DNA from: Leucoraja ocellata
Lineage: Eukaryota
Direction: 5' to 3'
DNA length: 64,000 nt
Assembly: GCA_036785375.1 (NCBI GenBank)
Contig: JAWMAR010000029.1
Span: 11,222,001 to 11,286,000 of the forward strand
Shown: in pieces, positions 1 to 12,100 of the stretch
Position numbering within the stretch: position 1 is the first letter of the stretch
Layout of the letters: each line of letters opens with the position of its first letter
The notes under the pieces: generated by a model
What the model was told of the DNA's origin: nothing
The model's input: only the letters and a program-made list of their open reading frames with translations
Databases searched by the model: none
Program-made: the position numbers and the translations under genes

Positions 1-14
1 GGATTAATTTTTAC

Positions 15-189
15 TTGGAAACAATGTTTCCGGAGCTTGAGGCTGGAATTCCTGACAGCGTCTCCACTTCACAGGCAGTTGGATTGGGGCAGATAAGACC
101 TGGATTTTCTTTACGGAGATTTGCAAGGTTTTCATAATCGCCGTATCCTGTTGGATCATCATGATCAAACCACTGAGTTTTGCAGTTAC
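15..189 (-). CDS. Divergent exon A (175 nt); its exon B lies beyond the window start
   Basis: ccacag|GTAACTGC...GTTTCCAA|gtaaaa; encodes [57 protein letters not shown]. Confidence 0.85.
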
Positions 190-3100
190 CTGTGGAATGG
201 TAGAAATAGATTATGAACAACCATTTAGTCAAAGAATTGAGAATACCCGCAACATTTAATTGAATGGTTTACGGTATTTAGATATGTCTATCCATAACAG
301 TTCAGTTTTCCTTCCCGTGCCTACTTGCCCTTGAGATGTCATAGAGCCATTGTGAGATTCATAGAGCCATTTGGCCCACTGAACCCATAGAAACATATAA
401 ATTAGGTGCAGGAGGAGGCCATTCGGCCCTTTGAGCGTGCACCACCATTCAATATGATCATGGCTGATCATCCAACTCAGTATCCCGTACCTACCTTCTC
501 TCCATACCCCCTGATCCCCTTAGCCACAAGGGTCACCTCTAACTCCCTCTTAAATATAGCCAATGAACTGGCCTCAACTACCTTCTGTGGCAGAGAATTC
601 CAGAGATTCACCAGAGAATCCATGCAAACTCTGACCAACTATTTACACTAATTTGATATTCATCCATATGTTGTTTTCTCCCCCACTCTTTTATCAACTC
701 CTCTTACCACTCATGTCCAGTCTAGGGACAAATTATAGTGGGCACTTGGCTTACCAACCCACTCTTATAAAGTCATAGCACAGACACGTCCTTCAGCCCA
801 ATGTCTTCATGCCTACTAAAGTGTCTTATCTAAGCCAGACCCATTTGCCCATCCATGTCCCTGTTCATGTACTTTTTTCAGATGTTGGAAGAAATCAGAG
901 CACCAAGAAAACACGCATGGGGTTACAGGGAGAATGTAAAATATCCACACAGGCTGCACGCAAAGCCAGGATCAAAATTCTGGACCTTGTCCTTGGGACC
1001 TCGTCCTTGGGACCTCCCTCTGTAACCGGCTCCTGGACTTGCTGACTGGCAGACCACTGTTGGGTAGAATTGGTCCTAACATTTCCTCCCTCTAACCCTC
1101 AACACAGGTGACCCTCAGGGTTGTCTGACCCTTCACACTGATGTGACCTAGAAAGCTCAACAGTGTATTTACTTTCGTAGGCATCTGAGAAGATATGGCA
1201 TGCCCATGAGAATCCTGTTGAACTACTACAGATTTGCAATGGAAAGTATTTCGACGAGATGCGTCTCAGCCTGGCATGGCAACAACTCTACTCTTGACTG
1301 CTTGAAACTGCAGGAATTATAGTTATGCAAGATAGTCCATTATCAACAGCCCAGTCTATTAGCAGGAAGGCTCGAATCAAGGATATCTACAGCCCTGACC
1401 TCTCGTTTATCTTATGGGATAAGGTACTGGAGCTTGAAAGCAAGGATGTCCAGACTTAAGAACACTTTCTTCCCTATTAATACAAGTCTCCAACCAATCA
1501 CTTCTTTCATATCTCTTATTGGAGATACTGCTTTATACTCTTATTTTTATCTGTACCTCATTCATTTATTCCGTTATTGCAGCTTAATTATTTTTACACT
1601 ACAATTTTACACCATTCTGCTGTTTTGCACTCATCATCGTGTTTATTGTTGCATTTATCATTGCTGTTTACTCTGTGAACGTCATGAGAACAAATAATGT
1701 CATAGTATTTTGGTGCATACAACAATAAACTAATCTTAATTGGAATCTGAATCTGAATCTGGGAAGCTTGCACTGTGAGGCAATCACAGTTTCACAAATG
1801 TCATGATAAATACATTATTTCTCCTCTCAGTCATAGAAAACCAAAGGCATTGAAAAGAAACAGCATCCTGCGTAGTGTGTACTCCAGATTGTATGCCTGT
1901 GATTTAGATGTTTGATGTTTTGGTGATGGATGGACAGTGGATCAGTGCTTTGAATCATATAAATGGGACTGTCTCACAATGTTCCTGACATGCCCCCTGC
2001 TGGTTTGTAGTGATAGGATGCAGTAGGTGTAGTAAGTAACTACAATTGCTGGTTTAAACTGAAGATAGATTCAAAATGCTGGAGTAACTCAGCTGGACAG
2101 AAGGAAGGACAGAACTCTGGAAAGAAGGAATGGGTGACATTTCGGGTCGAGACCTTTCATCACCCATTCCTTCTCTCTAGTGATGATGCCTGTCCCTCTG
2201 AATTACTCCACCATTTTGTGTCTATCTTTGGTAGGATGGAGTAAGTTGCTTTCCTGCCATACCTTGTCTGTGAAATCTCCCCCTCTCCACCACCTGTGCC
2301 CTGTGGCTGTACATTGCTGCATTAAAGATCCAACTTAATTTGTTAAATCAGCTGTGCTGGAAGATGAATATTAATTGCCTGTTTAGCATTGTTGCCCATT
2401 GTAATGTTCACAAGTGTCTCATGGTACACTGGATAAATTATCATTCCTAAATGCAAATGTTTGGTCTGCGTTTTCCAACTCTTGAGCTGGCATGACCTCA
2501 ATATCCTGTGTTTCTACCATTCGACTCTGCAGTCAGAAAGTAATTCATTCATTATCTCAGATGTCCTCGTTGTACAACAGTGGATGAGGAGCTGGCGCTA
2601 TCTTTTCAAACGTAACGCAAACCTAGAGCTCCATTTGGTCTGATATTTTTCCTCCAAATGGAAGAACATATTCAATCAACTTGTACACATGTCTACTACT
2701 TACAGAATGATTCTGGGCAGATAAACCGGATTCTGTAATCTTCACATCGTCCATCTGTTTGCTCTGCATTCACACAAACAAATCCTGAAATAACATTGCA
2801 GCTGTTGAACACAAAATAGGAGATTGTTTAAAAAAAAGTCATTATGAATTTTGGCAATGGATAAAACAATTTATATTCTATGTAATAAAGTGGCAGAGAT
2901 GGAAATTTGCCTTTGGTCTCCAGTGCTGACCAGGTGCTGGACGATGAGCAATTGCCTCTCATACTCAGTTCCAATGACCTTGCATGTCAGCAGAATTCTC
3001 CAGTCTTCCAGCATCCAATTAGCAGTGACCAAAGATGAACTTCTATCCCACAGTTTTGAAATACAATGTAAGGAATCCATTTTTACTTGGAAACGATATC

Positions 3101-6100
3101 TCCGGAGCTTGAGGCTGGAATTCCTGACAACGTCTCCACTTCACAGGCAATTGGATTGGGGCAGATCAGACCTGGATTTTCATTTCGCAGATTTGTGATA
3201 ACTTCATAATCGCCGTGCCCTGTTGGATCATCACGATCAAACCACTGAGTTTTGCAGTTGCCTGATGAATGGCAGAAATAGATTAGGAACATCCCTTTAA
3301 GCACAGAATTAAGAAAACTCGAAATATGGGATTGAATGTTTTACTTTATTTAGGTAAAATAGTGTTATCCATGTCCCTGAACTGACCAGATGTCTTTATC
3401 ATGCCTACTTGCCCTTGAGGTATCATAGATTCACAGAGAGATATGGCACGGAAATAGTCCTTTCAACCCACTGAGGCTGCGCTAACCTTCAACCAACCAT
3501 TAATCCAATATTTTGTTCTGATATACTTGATTATTATCTCTTCTTATCACTCACCTACCAAACCAGGGACAGCTTACCATAACCAATTTACCTACCAACC
3601 TGTGCTTTAAGATGCTGAAGGAAACTAGAGCATCGCCAGGATTCCGATGTGGTCACAATAAGTACATAGAGGTCGGCATACCCGGCTCCCTAGGTCAAGA
3701 CTTACATTGTGTCTGGCACCGAGAGCCAGTGGCTCCACCAGCCATATTGACAATGAAATTGATATGATGCAGATATTGCCAAAATGATACCTTTGGGAAA
3801 TTGTTTCAGAATTTTGAACCAGGGGCCTATATGTGTGCAAGATAGTATGGTGTGTGACATGCAGGGCCATGTGGATGTCATTGTGTTTCGTCTTGCCTTT
3901 TCCTCCTGATTGTTCAAAGGAGATGGGTTTGAATTATTCAGCCAAAGAAAAACCTTGATGTTACTGTGGTGAAACATCAGAATAAATAATTGAAGCTGTA
4001 AGTGTCAGTGCAGCTCGACTACTAATCCTCAAATTTTAGTCCATCTTCCAACTGATCAAAAAGGTGGTAGGTTAATTGATCGCTGTAGATTGTCTCTAGT
4101 ATGTAAGTGAATAGGAGAACTTGCAAAAAATGATTAGAATAAAAGGGCTGCAAAGAAGGCGGAGTGATTAAGGCTGGGATGGATTTATTATTGCAAGGTA
4201 AAGAAATCTGCAACTTTAGGGATGGGAAGAGAGTACCAAGCAAAAGATGAGCTGTGATTACAATCAGTGTCAGGAACTGATCACCCACCGGTGCTAAAGT
4301 ATTCAATTGCAATTTTATAATTGCCTCATGCTTACAAAAAGATTCCGGGCAGGTGAATCGTATTCTGTAATCTTGACATGCGCCATCTCGTTGGTTGCTG
4401 TTCACACAAAAGAATCCAGTAGAAGCGTTGCAACTGTTGAGCATAGTGAAGAGGGATTTAGTTTAGTTTAGTGTAGAACAACAGCATGGAAACTGGCCTT
4501 CGGGTACCATGTACACGACGACCTTTTGTCATCTATTCATGCTAGTTCAGTGTTATCTCACTTTCTCCACCACTTCCTGTGCACTATGGGGCAATATACA
4601 AAACCCAATTAACCTCCGAAGGTAGGAGAAAACCAGAGCACCCAGAGAAAGCCCACGAGGTCAATGGGAGAACTTGCAAACCCCATTCAGACGGCACCCG
4701 AGGTCAGGATCAAACAAGAGCCTCTGTCGTGCGAGGCAGCAACTCTACTAACTGCGCCTCCGTGAGATGTGGTACAATTGATAAAATACTTAATGCACAA
4801 TGAAATTAAATAATAGAAGTACAATAATACGACTGGCAATATCTTGCACCTGGCAATGTTCTCTCCAGTCTGTGAGGCCGGAATCCCTGACGTTGTCTCC
4901 ACCTCACAGGCGATTGGATCCATGCAGATCTGACCGGGATTCTCAGATCTCAGATTGGTGAGGAGTTCATAATCTCCGAATCCTGATGGGTTATCACGGT
5001 CAAACCAGTCTGTTTTGCAGTTTCCTACTGAAAAGCATGAAAGAAAAAGTATATTCAAAGTGGACATTGGGTCAATTAGACCGGAGAGCTTTGTCATGCA
5101 ACTGCTGCTAACCTAGTTCGGCACAACTAACATGAAGCAAAGGTACACAAAAAAGCTGGAGAAACTCAGCGGGTGCAGCAGCATCTATGCAGCGAAGGAA
5201 ATAGGCAACGTTTCGGGCGGAAACCCTTCTTCAGACTCAATATTTATTCTCAGAACGCATCACATACTCAAGCACATGAGACCTGGCTCCAGCTCTCTCC
5301 ACCTTGTTCACTATTCTGTCCATCACTTTTTTCTTCTTGCCCCATATTTGTTGATATTGGTGACTGTCTCGTCTCATGACTGCCATAGATCCTGACCCTA
5401 TCACGCCTGTCATCATCACTCTCTCCTCAATAAAACCCCAACTTTGTAAATTACCAACCTCATACCATGTTCCAGAATGCCTATGAAATTCATGTCTAGC
5501 TTTCCTGGTCTTCCTCATGTCAATCCCACCTCCTGTAATCAGGAATCATTCCTGGCAGAATATTCAAATGACTCTTAAGTGAGTCACCATCCTCGGATGA
5601 GCAAGTGCTGTGAGGATCGGAGAAACGCAGAAGTTACTCCTTTGGCCAATTGAGGGGCAAAAATGATCAGGAGCAGGAGTCATAGATATGAATCTTTGAA
5701 ACTGCTCCACATTCATAGTTCACTAGCAATCTTCTACCTCAGGCCAATTTTCTAGCACTCTGAGCATATCCATTAATGTCCAGAACACAAACAAATGTCC
5801 TCGAATGTTCTCTGGAATGAAAAATGACAAAAATACGCCACCTTCTGAGTGAAACAATTTACCGTATTGCAGTCCCAAAATATCTCCATCTCATTCTGCG
5901 ACAGTGGTGCCTAAACCGGAGTCCTCAGGGAACGAGATGACTTTCTATTCCACAATCTCGAGAGAAAAAAGTTCTCGTCGAGAATACCCGTGCCGAAACG
6001 CCACCTTTCAATGAACCCATGTCTGACACGATGAGTTACTCCTGCACCTTGTGTCTTATTTTGTAACCCGGTATCTGCATTTCTTTGTATTACTAGTCTT

Positions 6101-9100
6101 TTCAATCTCTCCTCTTGCGGCAATAACGCAATTTCTGCAACCAGCCCAGTGATTCTGTGTTGCATTCACTCCATGGCATGAACAAATGTTGTTTCCTGAA
6201 TAAGATGATAACTGCAGATAACCTTGAGGAGTAGTCACTTTGGACCCTATTATCTGTATAGCAATTTTCAACTTAATTATTATGTAGGGGATTTTAAAGC
6301 ATACTTGATGAAGCTGTTAAGAGCTTTAATCTTGCTGTCAACAATGCCCGGTTTATCATGCGAGGGGATATACTCACCAGGAGGTTCGGTAACATCACCT
6401 AAAAGAAGAAACAAACAATCCAGTTAATTATCATTTGAAGTGTGTTCAGAAGTAATAAATGTGAGGCAATATCTGCCCCGTAACTGAAAGAGTCTGCATA
6501 CTACACAATGGTCTCATCAACCACTTCAGACCCCACAGAAGCAGAGAGGAGGCTTGCCACCCTCCATGTCAAAGAAGGAGGGGTGTTTAAGGTGGGGATG
6601 AATTTACTATTGGAAACTCTGGAAATCAGCAAACAGAGTGATAGGAAGAGGGTGGCTAGTCAAAATGTGAGTAGTTATTACAGTCTATGTTATAATCAGC
6701 TCCGCTCATTATTCAGTAATATTCACAAATTATATTTTACAATTGCCTCATACTCACAAAAGGAATCAGGGCAGGTGAATCGTATTCTGTAATCTTGACA
6801 TGCGCGATCAGGTTGGTTGCTGTTCTTGCAATAGAATCCAGTAGAAACGTTGCAACTGTTGAGTAGAATGTAGGGAGGTGTGATAAAGTAGTTGATAAAA
6901 CTACTGATGCTCTTTGAATGAAATAATAAAAGCGCAATATTATAGTCCGGCTATATTTTGTACCTGGCAATGTTCTCTCCAGTCTGTGAGGCCGGAATCC
7001 CTGACGTTGTCTCCACCTCACACGCGATTGGATCCGTGCAGATCTGACCGGGATTTTCAGTTCGCAGATTGGGGAATATTTCATAATCTCCAATTCCTGC
7101 TGGGTTATCACGGTCAAACCACGCAGTTTTGCAATTCCCCACTGAGGAGCAGAAAGAGAAAGTAGATTCAAAGTGAACATTGGGCCTGATGGATTGACAC
7201 AAAATGATGGGGCAAATTAGCTGGACAGGTCGCATCTCTAGAGGAAAGGAATAGGTGATGTTTCATGATGAGACCCTTCTTCAGACTGACAGTCAGGGGA
7301 GAGAAAAATTAGGGGTATGAAAAGGAACAGAACAAATCAGACCCTGACCTAATGGCATAAGAACCCACTTTGTTCATTGTTGGCTTTGGAGGGGGGGGGG
7401 GGATAACAAGTGGATACAAACAGTAAAACTAGCAGGATGGTTAGGGGAGGTGAGGGATGGAGAGAGAGGGAATGCAAGGGTTATTTCAATTAAAAATAAT
7501 GAATATTTATAATGCAGGGTGTAAGCTGAGCAAGCGAAATATGAGGTGCTGTTCCTCCAATTTGCTCTCATGACTCAAAACAGCTCTTGAACCGATACAC
7601 CATCTATTCCTTTTTTCCAGAGATGCTGTCTGACCTGCTGAGTAGCCCCAGCATTTTGTGTCTATCTTCAGAGTTAACCAGCATCTGCAAATTGTTTGTA
7701 CACATTTGGTCTTATAGACCTGATAATTTGCTAACCTTCTTAGGCACAACTTACATGAACAATATTTCTCTTCAGAACACATCACATACTCAAGTACATG
7801 AGGGTACACAAAAATGCTGGAGAAACTCAGCGGGTGCAGCAGCATCTATGGAGCGAAGGAAATAGGCGACGTTTCGGGCCGAAACCCTTCTTCAGACTGA
7901 TGGGGGGTGGGGGGTAGAAGGAAGGAAAAAGGGAGGAGGAGGAGCCCGAGGGCGGGGGGATGGGAGGAGACAGCTCGAGGGTTAAGGAAGGGGAGGAGAC
8001 AGCAAGGGTAAGCAAAACTGGGAGAATTCAACGTTCATGCCATCCGGACGCAAGCAACCCAGGCGGAATATGAGGTGCTGTTCCTCCAATTTCCGGTGTT
8101 GCTCACTCTGGCAATGGAGGAGACCCAGGACTTCTCCACTCCCCTGTCTTACTCCAATCTCTCCCCCCCTGAACGCACTGCCATTGAATCACTCCGCAAA
8201 AACCCAGATTGGGTTATCAAACCAGCCGACAAGGGAGGTACCGTGGTAGTCTGGCGCGTCGATCTCTACAAAGCTGAGGCCACGTGCCAACTCTCGGACA
8301 CCTCCTCCTACTTACCCTTGGACCATGACCCCACTGACGAGCACCAGGCCACCATATCTAGCACCATCACCAACTTCATCAATTCCCACGCCCTGCCCGA
8401 CCGAGCCTCCAACCTCATCATTCCCCAGCCGCGCACGGCCCGTATTTACCTTCTCCCCAAAATCCACAAACCCGGCTCTCCCGGCAGACCCATTGTCTCT
8501 GCTTGTTCGTGCCCCACCGAACTGATCTCCACATACCTTGACTCCATACTATCCCCCTTGGTCAAATCCCTTCCCACCTATGTTCTAGACACCTCAGACA
8601 CTCTCCGCCGCCTCCGCGCATTCCACTCTCTAGGCCCTCACCCCCTCGTCTTCACCATGGATGTCCAGTCACTCTACACCTCCATCCCCCACCAGGATGG
8701 CCTCAAAGCCCTCCGGTTCTTCCTCGACCAGAGGAGCAACCTATACCCAGCCACTGACACTCTCCTCCGCCTAGCGGAGTTGGTCCTCACCCTCAACAAC
8801 TTTACGTTTGACTCCTCCCATTTCCTCCAAACACAAGGCATAGCTATGGGCACACGCATGGGCCCCAGCTACGCCTGCCTCTTTGTCGGGTACGTTGAAC
8901 AATCCTTGTTCAATACATACCAGAGCCCCATCCCCGACCTCTACCTCCGTTACATTGACGACTGCTTTGGGGCCACCTCCTGCACCCACACACAACTGAC
9001 TGACTTCATCCACTTCACCACCAACTTCCATCCGGCACTCCAATACACCTGGACCATTTCGAAACACTTCCCTACCATTCCTTGACCTCACCATCTCCAT

Positions 9101-12100
9101 TGCAGGGGACAGACTTCTGACCGACATACACTACAAACCAACTGACTCACATGGCTATCTGGACTACACGTCTTCCCACCCTGCCCCCTGTAAAGACTCT
9201 ATCCCCTACTCCCAATTCCTCCGCCTATGCCGCATCTGCTCCCAGGATGAGACGTTCCACACCAGGGCATCGGAAATGTCCTCGTTCTTCAGGTAACGGG
9301 GATTCCCCTCTGCCACAATAGATGAGGTTCACACCAGGGTCGTATCCATACCCCGCAACACTGCTCTCTCTCCCCATCCCCGCACTCGCAATAAGGGCAG
9401 AGTCCCCCTAGTCCTCACCTTTCACCCCACCAGCCGGCAAATAAAACAAATAATCCTCCGCCATTTCCGCCACCTCAAACGTGACCCCACTACTCTCCAC
9501 ATCTTCCCATCTCCCCTTATGTCTGCCTTCCGCAAAGACCGCTCCCTCCGCAAGTCCTTTGTCAATTCTTCCCTTCCCTCCCGTACCACCCCCTCCCCGG
9601 GCACTTTCCGTTGCAACCGCAAGAAATGCCACACTTGTCCCTTCACCTCCCCCGTCGACTCCATTCAAGGATCCAAGCAGTCGTTCCAGGTGCGACAAAG
9701 GTTCACCTGTATCTCCTCCAACCTCATCTACTGCATCCGCTGCTCTAGATGTCAGCTGATTTACATCGGGGAGATTAAGCGGAGGTTGGGCGATCGTTTC
9801 GCCGAACACCTCCGCTCAGTCCGCAATAACCTACCTGAACTCCCGGTGGCTCAGCACTTCAACTCCCCCTCCCATTCCCAATCCGACCTCTCTGTCCTGG
9901 GTCTCCTCCATTGCTAGAGTGAGCAACACCGGAAATTGGAGGAACAGCACCTCATATTCCGCCTGGGTTGCTTGCGTCCAGATGGCATGAACGTTGAATT
10001 CTCCTAGTTTTGCTAGCCCTTGCTGTCTCCTCCCCTTCCTTAACCCTCGAGCTGTCTCCTCCCATCCCCCCCGCCCTCGGGCTCCTTTTTCCCTTTTTCC
10101 TTCCTTCTACCCCCCACCCCCCATCAGTCTGAAGAAGGGTTTCGGCCCGAAACGTCGCCTATTTCCTTTGCTCCATAGACGCTGCTGCACCCACTGAGTT
10201 TCTCCAGCATTTTTGTGTACCTTCGATCTTCCAGCATCTGCAGTTCCTTCTTGAACACTCAAGTACATGAGAACTGGTTCCAGCTCCCTCCACCTTGCTT
10301 TTTCCTTCTTGCCCCATATTTGCTGATGTTGGTGACTGATTCTTTCCTATTTTGTAATCCAATAACCGCTGTACTTTGTATTCCTAGTCTTTGCAATTTC
10401 TTCTCATGTGGCTAAGTCATAATTTCTGCTATCTTTCCCGTGAATCTGTTTTGCATTCCTCCCAGGACAGGGACACATTTTGTAATAAGCTGATAACTAC
10501 AAGCAACTCTCGAGGTTCATTCGCACTGAAGCGCCTTTAATCTGTTGTGGCAGTTTTTTTAACTTGGTTATTATGTAGCGGATATTAAAACATACTGGAT
10601 GAAGCTCGTAAGAGCTTTCATATTGCTGTTAACATTGCCCTCTTTATAATGGGAGTGATATACTCACCAGGAGGTTCGGTAACACCACCTAAAAGGGGAA
10701 ACAAACAATTCAGTTAATTATCATTTGAAACATGTTGAGATTTAATGATTATCAGCAGATATCTGCCCCATCTGTGCAAAAGTCTGCAGACCACACGTTA
10801 GCCTCATCAACCACAACAGAACTTGTAGAACCAGAGAAGAGACATGCCACCCTCCATCTAAAGGAACTGTCAAAGAAGGAGGGCTGTTTAAGGTGGGGTT
10901 TAATTTACTATTGGAAAGTCAGCAAACAGAGGGACAGGAAGAGGGTGCCTAAGCAAAAGGTGAGTAGTTATTACAGTCTGTGTAATAATCAGCTCCACTC
11001 ATAATTCAGTAGCTAATATTCACAAATGATATTTTACAATTGCCTCATACTCACAAAAGGAATCGGGGCAGGTGAATCGTATTCTGTAATCTTGACATGA
11101 GCCATCACGTTGGTTGCTGTTCATACAAAAGAATCCAGTAGAAACGTTGCAACTGTTGGGTAGAATGTAGGGAGATGTGATAAAGTTGTTGATAAAACTA
11201 ATGATGCTCTTTGAATGAAATAATAAAAGTGCAATATTATGGCCGGCTCTATTTAGTACCTGGCAATGTTCTCTCCAGTCTGTGAGGACGGTATCCCTGA
11301 CGTTGTCTCTACCTCACAGGCGATTGGTTCTGTGCAGATCTGACCGGGATTCTCATTTCGCAGATGGGGGAACGTTTCATAATCTCCAAATCCTGATGGG
11401 TTATCACGGTCAAACCACGGAGTTTTGCAATTCCCTACTGAAGAGCAGAAAGAGAAAGTAGATTGAAGGTGAACATTGGGTCTGACAGATTGACACAAAC
11501 GTATGGAGCAAATTAGATCCAGGTAGCACCTTTGTAGGTAAGGAATAGGGGACCTTTCATGTTGAGATCCGTCTTCAGACAGAAAGTCAGGGGAGTGAGA
11601 AATTCTGGGTATGGAAAGGTTCAGAACAATTCAGAACCTGCACTAATGGTCAAAGAGCCCACATGGTTCATTGTTGGCTTTGGAGGAGGTGATAACGAGG
11701 GGATACAAAAAGCAAAACTTGCAGGATGTATGGGGCAAGTGAGGGATGGAGAGAGAGAGAATGCAAGGGTTACTTGAATTTAAAATATTCAATATTCATA
11801 ATGCTGGGTTGTAAGCTAGGCAAGCAAAATATGAGGTTCTTTTCAATTTACATGTGGCCGAACTCTGACATTGGAGGTGACCCAGGACAGAACGAGTCTG
11901 TCTCCACTGTCAGAGTGCTTTTCTGTCCTGCACCACCTCTACTGTCAGAGTAAGGCCTTATGCAAATTGGAGTAACAGCACTTCATATTTTGTTTGGGTA
12001 GCTTACAACCCAATATTGGAACATTAATTTCTCTAATTTCATGTAATCTTTGCCTTCCAACTCTCTCCATCTCTTCTCCACCTTAGTTGTCCGATAAGGT

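Larger units (their letters stand above)
7803..10256 (+). mobile_element. Penelope-like retroelement (RT + GIY-YIG), 5'-truncated, with an inverted pLTR copy at its 5' end; inactive
   Basis: RT motifs [47 protein letters not shown]; [14 protein letters not shown]...YIGE...RFAEH. Frameshift near 9062, stops at 9294 and 9915. 7803-8131 is the reverse complement of ~9894-10221. TSD actcaagtacatgag at 7788-7802 and 10257-10271. Confidence 0.93.

Noticed and set aside
2263-2316. Possible 54-nt in-frame linker exon (atgcag|CAATG...ACAAG|gtatgg)
   Set aside because: Poor pyrimidine tract, it would remove the conserved final Cys, and the peptide is unlike the other linkers. Direct B-to-A splicing is simpler. 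Not excluded without cDNA.
8075-9917. Penelope ORF as an active or domesticated gene
   Set aside because: 5'-truncated, with a frameshift near 9062 and in-frame stops at 9294 and 9915. The listed ATG lies in the inverted pLTR.
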